Origin: Spirochaetia bacterium
Lineage (GTDB): Bacteria > Spirochaetota > Spirochaetia > SZUA-6 > Bin103
Length of the DNA stretch: 64,000 nucleotides
Direction: 5' to 3'
Assembly (NCBI GenBank): GCA_965203905.1
Contig: CBDBDQ010000005.1
Location: forward strand, 1,440,001-1,504,000
Shown here piece after piece: positions 1 to 8,505 of this stretch. The translations under genes and the position numbers were made by a program. Every line of letters starts with the position of its first letter. Position 1 is the stretch's first letter. Under the pieces are notes generated by a model that was not told the DNA's origin, made no database searches, and saw only the letters and a list, made by a program, of their open reading frames with translations.

Positions 1-825
1 CTCCTGCAGGAGCCGGAGCAGCTTGACCTGAGATGCCATGCTCAGGTCCCCGATCTCGTCCAGGAACACCGTGCCGCCCGCAGCGCGTTCGATCAGTCCT
101 CGCCGTTCGGCGTCAGCCCCGGTAAACGCTCCCTTCCTGTGCCCGAACAGCGCATCCGTGAACAGCGTGTCGTCCAGCCCGGCCAGGTTGACCGCCACCA
201 GTTCTCCGTCATGGCCGCTGAGCTCGTGCGCCGCCTGGGCGAACAGCTCCTTGCCGACGCCACTCTCCCCGGTGATCAGCACCGGCTCCGGACTCGGCGC
301 GATCGCTTCCAGGTAGGAGAACAGCGCGAGCATCGTCCCGTTGTTGGTGGCGATTCGTGAGAACGCTTCCGGGTGCTCCAGCCGCCGCTGGATCAGGCGC
401 TGCTTGAGACGGGAAACCTGGGCCTTGAGACTGCGCTGCTCCAGGGCACGCCGGATGGCCTGCTCGAAGGCATCTTTCTCGATCGGCTTCAGCACGTAGT
501 CGTAGGCGCCGAGCTTCATGCACTGCACCGCCACCGCCAGGTCGTTGGTCCCGGTGACGACCACGACCGGAACGTCGGGACGGGCTGCCGTGAGGCGTTC
601 CAGGAGTTCCTGGCCCGACATGCCCGGCATTGCCAGGTCGAGCAGAATCAGCAGCGGGTCGTGCGCATCCACGAGGCCCATCACCTGCGTGCCGTCGGAG
701 CAGAGCACGACGTTGCTGAGACCGAGGGTGAAGAGCAGCAGCTCCGTGCTCTCCAGCACCTCCACTTCGTCGTCCACGACGAGAATGGGCCGCTGCGGAG
801 CAGCTACGCGCTTAGTGTGCGCCAT
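1..825 (-). CDS. Sigma-54-dependent response regulator (REC + AAA+), runs off the left edge
   Basis: Manual translation from ATG at 825: ILVVDDE receiver start, LLDLAMPG, Walker A GESGVGKE, LFGHRKGAFTGA, FLDEIG. Start overlaps the kinase stop. Not in the ORF track because it is open-ended. Confidence 0.93.
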   Translation of the reverse strand, partial: MAHTKRVAAPQRPILVVDDEVEVLESTELLLFTLGLSNVVLCSDGTQVMGLVDAHDPLLILLDLAMPGMSGQELLERLTAARPDVPVVVVTGTNDLAVAVQCMKLGAYDYVLKPIEKDAFEQAIRRALEQRSLKAQVSRLKQRLIQRRLEHPEAFSRIATNNGTMLALFSYLEAIAPSPEPVLITGESGVGKELFAQAAHELSGHDGELVAVNLAGLDDTLFTDALFGHRKGAFTGADAERRGLIERAAGGTVFLDEIGDLSMASQVKLLRLLQE

Positions 826-2368
826 CGGCCTTCCTTTTCGCCCCCGCAGGCGGCAGTATGGCCGTGGCAGTCGTCCCGGCCCCACGCTCCGACGCAAACG
901 AGAGACTGCCGGCGTGCTCGTCCAGGATGTGATTCGAGACGTACAGCCCGATGCCGGTCCCCCCTCGTCCCTCGCGCGTGGAGTAGAACACCTCCCCGAC
1001 GCGATCCACGGTCCCCGGCTCCATCCCCACACCGTCATCGGTGACCGCCAGTTCGACGCCGGCGGCCGTCGCGCGCGTGGTGATGGTGATGCCCTCGGTG
1101 CTGCCGCCATGACCAGCCTCTCGCGCTTCCCGGATCGCCTCGACCGCGTTCGACAGCAGGTTCACTACCACTTGCTCGAGCTGTTGCGAATTACCCGCCA
1201 CCGGCGGCAGTGACGGGGCAAGCGCGGTCCGCAGCGGGATGTCGTGGCGCCTGACCTGGTGACCGAACACGACCAGAGCCGAATCCACCACCCCGTTCAG
1301 GTCCACCATCTCGGTGTGCTCCACGCGCGTGCGGCGGTAGAATCTCCTGAGCTCGGAGATGATGCCGGCGATCCGATCGGCGCTGTGCGCGATTCCTGCG
1401 ATGGCGCGCCGCATCCGGTCTCGCACCATTCGATGTGGCAAGTCCCCGATCAGTCCGTCGTCGCCGCGCTCCTGAGCGCTGTCCAGCAGTGGGACGACGT
1501 GCTCGTAGTACTTGCGCAGGAACGCGGCATTCGAGGCGATTGCGCCGGTCGGGTTGGCGATCTCGTGCCCGAGGCTCGACGCCATGGTCCCGATCGAAAC
1601 CAGCTTGTCGGCCTCCAGCAGCTTGCGGGTCTGCTGCTCCCGGTGTTGGCGCATGCGGTCCAGCCGGAATGAGACCGCCAGCGACAGGCAGGAGATCTGG
1701 CCCAATACTCCCCAGTAGTACGCGTAGCGCGTCGCGAGGTTGTCGGCGACCAGTTGATCCTCGCGGAGAAGCTGCACCGAGCTGCCGGTCGCAGCCAGGA
1801 CCCAGCCTGCCAGGTACAGCCCGGCGAAGGGCACCCTGCGCAGGGCCGAGATGGTGCCCACCGTAACCAGGACCGCGGTGTGGAGAACGCCGACGTACGG
1901 CAGCACGAACTGGACCGGATAGGTCGACTGCGCGGCGCCCAGAATGGTGACCCACAGCAGCAGGTTGGCCGTGTCGAAGACGATCACGCCGACCAGGACG
2001 CGGTCGGCCACGGGGAGCACCCGCCCGGTGGTGAGAATGGAGCGCGAGAACTGCGTCAGCCAGATCATCAGCAGGAACGAAAACCCGAGTGACAGGAGGT
2101 TGTTGACCAATGGCTGGTCGTTCCCGAGCACGTGGCGGTGCACCAGCCCCTCGACGACCGAGAGCAAGCCGATCTGCGACACCAGCACGAGCGCATAGGC
2201 GAGGTAGCTCGGATCGCGCAGCGACAGGTAGAGCAGCAGGTGGTAGACGGCAAGGATCGCCAGGATCCCGAAGAAGACTCCGAGGATGAACGGATCCCTT
2301 GGCTCTCGCCAGAACCGGATGATCTCATCCGGGCCCTGCTGCACCAGCCACTGCCAGATTTGCGCCAT
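812..2368 (-). CDS. Membrane sensor histidine kinase with 7TM-DISM-like transmembrane domain
   Basis: About 7 hydrophobic helices (FFGILAILAVYHLLLYLSLRDPSYLAY), H-box LGHEIANP, N-box QVVVNLLSNA, DDGVGM, GTGIGL. Confidence 0.9.
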   Translation of the reverse strand: MAQIWQWLVQQGPDEIIRFWREPRDPFILGVFFGILAILAVYHLLLYLSLRDPSYLAYALVLVSQIGLLSVVEGLVHRHVLGNDQPLVNNLLSLGFSFLLMIWLTQFSRSILTTGRVLPVADRVLVGVIVFDTANLLLWVTILGAAQSTYPVQFVLPYVGVLHTAVLVTVGTISALRRVPFAGLYLAGWVLAATGSSVQLLREDQLVADNLATRYAYYWGVLGQISCLSLAVSFRLDRMRQHREQQTRKLLEADKLVSIGTMASSLGHEIANPTGAIASNAAFLRKYYEHVVPLLDSAQERGDDGLIGDLPHRMVRDRMRRAIAGIAHSADRIAGIISELRRFYRRTRVEHTEMVDLNGVVDSALVVFGHQVRRHDIPLRTALAPSLPPVAGNSQQLEQVVVNLLSNAVEAIREAREAGHGGSTEGITITTRATAAGVELAVTDDGVGMEPGTVDRVGEVFYSTREGRGGTGIGLYVSNHILDEHAGSLSFASERGAGTTATAILPPAGAKRKADGAH

Positions 2369-2385
2369 CAGCGCAGCACGCTATC

Positions 2386-2422
2386 GGCAACCGGAGTTGC
2401 CGCCGTTGCAACTCCAGTTGCC
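2386..2422. promoter_or_regulatory. Tandem palindromic enhancer (UAS) candidate for the sigma-54 activator
   Basis: GGCAAC-CGGA-GTTGCC (2386-2401) and TGCAAC-TCCA-GTTGCC (2407-2422), 21 bp apart, about 100 bp upstream of a -24/-12 site. Confidence 0.65.
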
Positions 2423-2501
2423 TGCGGACAGGCGCAGCCCGGTCTACGAGCGGTGCTCACAAGTATCTTCCTGGCAAGCACTTAATTCCACGTGATCGAT
2501 C

Positions 2502-2518
2502 CTGGCACGGTTCTTGAT
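2502..2518 (+). promoter_or_regulatory. Sigma-54 -24/-12 promoter
   Basis: CTGGCACGGTTCTTGAT versus consensus YTGGCACGNNNNTTGCW (GA in place of GC at -12); followed by RBS GAGGAG and ATG 2541. Confidence 0.65.
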
Positions 2519-2540
2519 CTCTCCGTCGGTGAGGAGACGA

Positions 2541-3404
2541 ATGATGGAAACCTTACCAAAGGCCTACGCATTGATCACCGGCGCCAGCCAGGGGTTGGGC
2601 CAGGCGCTCGCCGAGGAGTGCGCCCGCCGCGGGATGCACCTGTTGCTGGTAGCGCTGCCGGAAACCGGGCTGCGTGCGCTGAGCGCGGAGATCGCGGCAC
2701 GGCACGGGGTGGACTCGCAGCATCTCGAACTGGACCTGACCGATCCTTCGGGACCGGAGCAGGTCGCTCGCTGGGTTGCATCCCACGGCTGCAACCTGCG
2801 CTTCCTGATCAACAACGCCGGCGCCAGCACCCATGGCCGGTTCGAGGAGACCTCCCTGGAGCGCAACGAACTGGTGATGGACCTCAACATGGCGGCCGTC
2901 GTCAGGGCCACGCACCTGCTCATCCCGACGCTCAAGAACAGCCAGCCGTCGTACATCCTGAACGTGGCGAGCCTGGCCGCCATCGGGCCCATGCCCTACA
3001 TGCCGATCTACGCGGCATCCAAGGCCTTCGTGCTCAGCTTCACGCTCGCGCTCCGTGAAGAGCTCCAACGATCCGGGATCGGGGTCAGCGTGCTCTGTCC
3101 CGGCGGCATGCCGACCAACGATGATTCCGCCCGGCGCATCGGCGCCAACGGACTGCGCGGCAGGCTGTCCTCGGTTCGCCCCGAGCGAGTGGCCAGGATC
3201 GCGCTCACCCGTACGCTCCGCGGTCGCGCGTGCATCATACCGGGAGCGCTCAACAAGATCGTCGCGGTCGCGAGTAACTTCACGCCGCGAACGGTATTCA
3301 CCCGTTCCGCCGGGCACCAGTTCGAGCGCGCAGAGCTGCGCCTGCAGCAGACCGGTGGAGCGCTGAAGCCGGCCTTGGCGGGCTTGCACGGTCAGCGGAG
3401 GTGA
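2541..3404 (+). CDS. Short-chain dehydrogenase/reductase
   Basis: TGASQGLG, LINNAG, YAASK; RBS GAGGAG. Confidence 0.92.
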   Translation: MMETLPKAYALITGASQGLGQALAEECARRGMHLLLVALPETGLRALSAEIAARHGVDSQHLELDLTDPSGPEQVARWVASHGCNLRFLINNAGASTHGRFEETSLERNELVMDLNMAAVVRATHLLIPTLKNSQPSYILNVASLAAIGPMPYMPIYAASKAFVLSFTLALREELQRSGIGVSVLCPGGMPTNDDSARRIGANGLRGRLSSVRPERVARIALTRTLRGRACIIPGALNKIVAVASNFTPRTVFTRSAGHQFERAELRLQQTGGALKPALAGLHGQRR

Positions 3405-4237
3405 TCGCTATGAACCAGGTATTGCACGTCCTCGTTACGGGGGCCGGCAGCGGAATCGGCCGCGCCAGCGTCGAGTATCTGGCCGCGCGTGGCGACCACG
3501 TGTTCGCCGGTGCGCGCAAGGATCGGGACCTCGGCGAGCTCGGCCGGTTGCGGAACGTCATCCCGGTGCGGCTCGACGTAACGCAGCCCGAGAGCGTGGA
3601 CGCAGCGGTCGCTCGGGTCCGTGGACTGACTGACACCCTCGACGGCCTCGTGAACAACGCAGGCTCCGTGGTGGCGGGACCGCTGATGGACATCACGCCG
3701 GAACAGATGAGAGAGCAGTTGGAAGTAAACCTGGTCGGCGTCCACCGCGTCACTCGGGCCTTCTTTCCGCTGCTGCTGGCGGCCAGGGGCCACGTGGTGA
3801 ACATCTCGTCGACCGGGGGCCGGGTAGCGATGCCGTTCATGGGACCGTACGTCGCCAGCAAGTTCGCTCTGGAGGCGTTCTCCGATTCGCTGCGGCGCGA
3901 GCTGGAGCCGTGCGGGATGAAGGTAAGCGTAATCCAGCCGGGGGCGATCCGCACGCCGATCTGGGACAAGACCGATCCGGAGGATGCGCCAGTCGCCGAC
4001 TCGATCTTCGCGGAGCGCGCGCGCGCCTTCGGACGTCTCATGGTGGAGCGCGCCCGCAGCGGCGGTCTGCCGCCGGTGACGATCGCGCGCGCCGTGCACA
4101 AGGCGCTCGGCAGCCGCCGGCCCAGGCCACGCCACCTGGTGACCGAAGCCAACCTCATGACCCGCATCGCGAGTCTCCTGCCGGACCGGTGGCTGGACCT
4201 GGCCATCGGTCGCTTTACGTTGGGAGGCTCCAAGTGA
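3401..4237 (+). CDS. Short-chain dehydrogenase/reductase (retinol/17beta-HSD-like)
   Basis: TGAGSGIG, LVNNAG, YVASKFALEAFSDSLRREL; GTGA overlap with upstream stop (alternative ATG 3410). Confidence 0.92.
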   Translation: MIAMNQVLHVLVTGAGSGIGRASVEYLAARGDHVFAGARKDRDLGELGRLRNVIPVRLDVTQPESVDAAVARVRGLTDTLDGLVNNAGSVVAGPLMDITPEQMREQLEVNLVGVHRVTRAFFPLLLAARGHVVNISSTGGRVAMPFMGPYVASKFALEAFSDSLRRELEPCGMKVSVIQPGAIRTPIWDKTDPEDAPVADSIFAERARAFGRLMVERARSGGLPPVTIARAVHKALGSRRPRPRHLVTEANLMTRIASLLPDRWLDLAIGRFTLGGSK

Positions 4238-4623
4238 TTGCCCTGGATCTGCCGGTGCTCCTGCACCAGTGGCGGTCGACGATCCAGGCGACCTATGGCG
4301 TCAACGCGTACCTGTACCTCGCGCTGACGACGGTGTGCGCACCCCCCTTCTACTACTCGATCTACCGGCTGACGAAAGCGCTGGCGACGAGGCAGCGCAG
4401 GCTGGTGCCCCTGTGGAGCTCGGTGTTCCTCGGCGCGACGGCACTCCCTTACCTTTACGTGCTGGTCTGCGGACGCAACATGCCCTGGTGGATCTACCTG
4501 ATTCTGGGCGCCCTGCTTGTCCAAGGGACCGTGTCACTGGTACGGAAGCTGACTCCGGCCAGCAGCACTCCGTCCGTTTGCGCTTCGCGCGTGGAAGGTT
4601 GCACAATGCGGGCCTCAGGCTGA
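4234..4623 (+). CDS. Small hypothetical membrane protein (about 3 TM)
   Basis: GTGA-coupled start after GGAGG; hydrophobic segments YLYLALTTVCAPPFYY, VFLGATALPYLYVLV, WWIYLILGALLV. Confidence 0.65.
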   Translation: MIALDLPVLLHQWRSTIQATYGVNAYLYLALTTVCAPPFYYSIYRLTKALATRQRRLVPLWSSVFLGATALPYLYVLVCGRNMPWWIYLILGALLVQGTVSLVRKLTPASSTPSVCASRVEGCTMRASG

Positions 4624-4626
4624 CGG

Positions 4627-5400
4627 ATGAAGCTCAACGTCTTGAACTCGTTTCGGCTGGATGGAAGGGTGGCGCTGGTGACCGGCGCCAGCCGCGGGTT
4701 CGGCGAGGTGATCGCCAGCGCCCTGGCGGAAGCGGGGGCGTCGCTGGCGCTGCTCGCGCGCAGTGAGCGGGTGCACAAGGTGGCACGAGAGCTGCGCGCC
4801 GAGCATGGCGTGGGTTGCCGCGGTTACCGGTGCGACGTGAGTGATGCCGGCGCGGTGCAGCAGACGGTGGCAGCCGCGATTGCCGAATGCGGCGGCCTGC
4901 ACGTCGTGGTGAACAACGCCGGCATCAACATCCGCGGGCCGATCGAGGAGCTGAGCCTGGAGCAGTTCCGGCGGGTGCAGGATGCCAACGTCACCTCGAT
5001 GTGGCTGGTGTGCCGAGCGGCCGCCGCCCACCTCAAGGCGCAGGGCTACGGCCGGGTAGTCAACATCGGCTCGCTGCTGTCGATCCTGGGGATGGCGCAG
5101 CGCACCCCGTACGCGGTGAGCAAGGCCGGCGTGCTGGCGCTCACCCGAGTGCTCGCCCTGGAGTGGGCACCGGCCGGGATCACCGTCAACTGCATCATCC
5201 CCGGAGTGTTCGCCACCGAGATGAACCGGTCACAGTTAGAGGACCCTGCGCTCAGCGCGGGCGTGGTGGCCAAGGTGCCCCTGGGGCGCTGGGGCGAACC
5301 GGCGGAGGTGGCCGGCATGGCGCTCTTCCTGGCCAGCGACGCGTCCAGCTACGTGACCGGCGCAGCGCTGACCGTCGACGGCGGCTGGAGCGTGCACTGA
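4627..5400 (+). CDS. SDR oxidoreductase (gluconate 5-dehydrogenase/FabG-like)
   Basis: TGASRGFG, VNNAG, YAVSK, YVTGAALTVDGG. Confidence 0.92.
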   Translation: MKLNVLNSFRLDGRVALVTGASRGFGEVIASALAEAGASLALLARSERVHKVARELRAEHGVGCRGYRCDVSDAGAVQQTVAAAIAECGGLHVVVNNAGINIRGPIEELSLEQFRRVQDANVTSMWLVCRAAAAHLKAQGYGRVVNIGSLLSILGMAQRTPYAVSKAGVLALTRVLALEWAPAGITVNCIIPGVFATEMNRSQLEDPALSAGVVAKVPLGRWGEPAEVAGMALFLASDASSYVTGAALTVDGGWSVH

Positions 5401-6587
5401 GGATCCTGTTCCTGGAGCCGTTCTACGGCGGTTCGCACCGCGAGTTCGCGGACGGCCTGGTGCAGCACTCGCGCCACCGGATCGAGCTGCACACCCTGCC
5501 GGCGCGGTTCTGGAAGTGGCGCATGCGCGGCGCGGCGCTGCACTTCGCCCGCGCGGTGGCCGCGCCCGAGGACTACGACCTGCTGCTGGTGACCGACCTG
5601 ATGGGAGTGGCCGACCTCAAGGCGCTGTGGGGCGCGCGCTGCCCGCCGATCGTCCTCTACCTGCACGAGAATCAGCTCAGCTACCCGGTGCCGGCCGGCG
5701 AGCGCATGGACTTCCAGTTCGGCTTTACCGACATCACCTCGGCGCTCGTCGCCGACGTCATGGTGTTCAACTCCCGGTTCCACCACGACGCCTACTTCGC
5801 GGCGCTGCCGCGCTTCCTGCGGCGCATGCCCGAGCACGTGCCGAAGTGGGTCCCGGCGGCGCTGGAGCCCAAGGCACGCGTGCTCTACCCGGGCTGCCGC
5901 TTGCCGCGGCCCGTCACGAACCAGGAGTCGCCACCGGACCCGGCTACTGCCGCAGCCGCGCCCGCCACGTCCGGGGCGGCGCCGCAGCGGGAGCAGTCCG
6001 GCGCACGGCGGCCAGAGGCCGAGTCCGCCGCCGCGCAGCCCGCGGCGCCGCCGCTGGTGATCTGGAACCACCGCTGGGAGTTCGACAAGCAGCCGGCGGT
6101 GTTCTTCGCCGCGCTGCACCGGGCGCAGGAGGCCGGAGTGGCGTTCCGGGTGGCGCTGCTGGGTGAGAATTTCCAGGTGGTGCCGCAGGAGTTCGAGGCT
6201 GCGCGCGGGTGGCTGGGGGAGCGGCTGGTGCAGTACGGCTATGTGCCGAGCCGCGACGCCTACTGGGAGCTGCTGCGGTGCGGCTCGGTGGTGGTGTCGA
6301 CCGCCATTCAGGAGAACTTCGGCATCTCCGTGGTGGAGGCGGTCGCCGCCGGCAACCATCCACTGCTGCCGCGCCGGCTCTCCTATCCCGAGGTGATCCC
6401 CGCCGCCTACCACGACGCCTGCCTCTACGCCGACGACGCGGCGCTGACCGAGATGCTGATCCGCCTGCTGGACACACCGCACGTGGCCGCGCCGCGGGGG
6501 CTGGCCGCCGCCATGCAGCGCTACTCGTGGCGCACCCTGACCGCCGCCTACGATGCGCTGTTCGCGGAGTACGGGAGGAGGTGTTGA
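5397..6587 (+). CDS. DUF3524 GT-B glycosyltransferase, GTDC1/QTMAN (tRNA-queuosine mannosyltransferase)-like
   Basis: LEPFYGGSH, LPARFWKWRMRG, YLHENQLSYP, WNHRWEFDK, ENFGISVVEA; likely CTG start in a CTGA overlap. Confidence 0.85.
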   Translation: MRILFLEPFYGGSHREFADGLVQHSRHRIELHTLPARFWKWRMRGAALHFARAVAAPEDYDLLLVTDLMGVADLKALWGARCPPIVLYLHENQLSYPVPAGERMDFQFGFTDITSALVADVMVFNSRFHHDAYFAALPRFLRRMPEHVPKWVPAALEPKARVLYPGCRLPRPVTNQESPPDPATAAAAPATSGAAPQREQSGARRPEAESAAAQPAAPPLVIWNHRWEFDKQPAVFFAALHRAQEAGVAFRVALLGENFQVVPQEFEAARGWLGERLVQYGYVPSRDAYWELLRCGSVVVSTAIQENFGISVVEAVAAGNHPLLPRRLSYPEVIPAAYHDACLYADDAALTEMLIRLLDTPHVAAPRGLAAAMQRYSWRTLTAAYDALFAEYGRRC

Positions 6588-8290
6588 TGTTCAACCCCCT
6601 GCAGTCGGCGCGCGACCTCAGCCGCCTGTATGAGATCGGCAGCGTGCTGGCCCGCTACGGATTCGGCGGCATCGTCAAGGCGCTGGGGTTGAGCCGGGCC
6701 CTGTCCCGTTTCCGCCGGCGGCGTCGGGGCGAGGCGCGCGAACTGACCGAGCTGGAGCTGCCGGAACGGGTGCGGCGGGTGCTGGAGGACCTGGGGCCCA
6801 CCTTCATCAAGCTGGGCCAGGTGCTGGCGACGCGGCTCGACCTGCTGGGCCGGGAGTGGATCGAGGAGCTGCAGCGGCTGCAGCGCCATTCGCCTCCCGT
6901 GGCATACCAACAGCTGCGGGCACAGCTCACCGCGGACCTGGGCGCTGCGCCGGAGGAAGTGTTCGCATCCATCGACGAGCAGCCCTACGCCGCCGCCTCC
7001 ATCGCCCAGACCCACCGCGCCCGCACCAGGGCGGGTGAGGAGGTGATCCTCAAGATCCGCCGCCCCGGCATCGAGCGCACCATCGACTCCGACCTGCGGC
7101 TGCTGGAGCACCTCGCCGAGCTGGCGGAGGCGCGCCTGCCGGAACTGCGCCGCTACCGTCCCAGCGCGCTGGTGCGTCAGTTCGCCGTTTCGCTGCGGCG
7201 CGAGCTGGACTTCACCATCGAGGCGCGCAGCATGCAGCGCATCGCCGCCCAGTTGGACGACGACTCGATCATCAAGGTGCCCCGGGTATACCGCCGCTGG
7301 AGCGGCGAGCGCCTCCTGGTGGAGGAGTTCGTCGACGGCATTCCCGGCCACGACGTGGCGGCGCTGAGCGCGGCCGGGCTGGACGGCGAACTGATCGCGC
7401 GGCGCGCGGCGCGCGAGATCTTCCGCATGATCCTGGTGGACGGGTTCTTTCACGCCGACCCGCACGGCGGCAACCTGATCTACCTGCGCGGCAACCGCCT
7501 GGCGCTGGTCGACTTCGGGATGGTGGGGCGGCTGTCCCGCTCCCGCCGCGGCGAGCTGATCGACCTGCTGGCGGCACTGCTCGGCCACGACTCCGAGGGC
7601 GCCGCCGAGCTGCTGTTGCGCTGGTCCGATGCGGCCACTGCCGACCTGGCGCCGGCGCTGGCCGCCACGCCCGACCGCGCCCGCCTGGCCGACGCCATCG
7701 AGCTGCTGGCGGAGTCGACCTTCGGCACCGAGTTGCGCCAGCTCAACGTGGCCCGCTTCTTCGGCGACGTGACCCGCGTCATGCGCGAGCAGCACCTGAC
7801 GCTGCTGCCCGACTTCGCGCTGATGGTGAAGGCGCTGGTGACCCTGGAGGGTCTCGGCGCTCAGTTGGCGCCCAGCTTCGACTTCGCCTCGGAGATCGAG
7901 CCGGTGATCCGCGAGGCGCTCAGTCGCCGCTATGCGCCGGGAACCCTGGCGGCGCGCGGCTGGCGCACGGCCAGCGACCTGGCCGCGCTGCTGCCGGACC
8001 TGCCTGGCGACCTGCGCACCGTGCGCCGGCTGCTGCGCGGCGGCCGGCTGCACCACCTGGTGCGCATGGAACAGCTCGATCAGTTCAGCGAACGCCTCGA
8101 CCGGGTCGCCAGCCGGCTGGCGATCAGCTTCGTCACCGCCGCCTTCATCGTCGGGGCGGCGGTCGTGGTCGCGGCGGAAACCGGCCCCGTGGTGTTCGGC
8201 CTGCGCCTGTTCGAAGTGCTGGGCATCGGCGCCGTCCTCGGCGGCCTGTGGGTGCTGGTCTCGATCTGGCGCGGCCGCAGCCGCCACTGA
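6587..8290 (+). CDS. ABC1/UbiB/AarF family atypical kinase
   Basis: LGPTFIKLGQ, AASIAQTH, FFHADPHGGN, DFGMVG, two C-terminal TM helices; TGATG coupling. Confidence 0.93.
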   Translation: MFNPLQSARDLSRLYEIGSVLARYGFGGIVKALGLSRALSRFRRRRRGEARELTELELPERVRRVLEDLGPTFIKLGQVLATRLDLLGREWIEELQRLQRHSPPVAYQQLRAQLTADLGAAPEEVFASIDEQPYAAASIAQTHRARTRAGEEVILKIRRPGIERTIDSDLRLLEHLAELAEARLPELRRYRPSALVRQFAVSLRRELDFTIEARSMQRIAAQLDDDSIIKVPRVYRRWSGERLLVEEFVDGIPGHDVAALSAAGLDGELIARRAAREIFRMILVDGFFHADPHGGNLIYLRGNRLALVDFGMVGRLSRSRRGELIDLLAALLGHDSEGAAELLLRWSDAATADLAPALAATPDRARLADAIELLAESTFGTELRQLNVARFFGDVTRVMREQHLTLLPDFALMVKALVTLEGLGAQLAPSFDFASEIEPVIREALSRRYAPGTLAARGWRTASDLAALLPDLPGDLRTVRRLLRGGRLHHLVRMEQLDQFSERLDRVASRLAISFVTAAFIVGAAVVVAAETGPVVFGLRLFEVLGIGAVLGGLWVLVSIWRGRSRH

Positions 8291-8505
8291 GGCCGCCGGC
8301 GGCTCCAGAGCCGGGCGCGGACGCGCCAGCGCCGCGCCACCCGGCACCAGCGTCCCCGCGCGGCATGCGCGGACGTGCCCGCCGCCGCAGGGTTTCGGCG
8401 CGGTCCGTTCACGGCTGCCGCGGCAGCAATTCGCGCGGTTGGCAGCGCGCGGCGGCGTGGCGCGCCCATCGCCGCGGAGGCCGGACGCATTCAGTGGAGG
8501 GGCTG

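Noticed and set aside
4887-5396. N-terminal extensions given by the ORF track (also for the ABC1 kinase, mvaS, Rieske, potB, tatD and nrnA)
   Set aside because: They overlap upstream genes in another frame; homology starts at the later coupled start codons.
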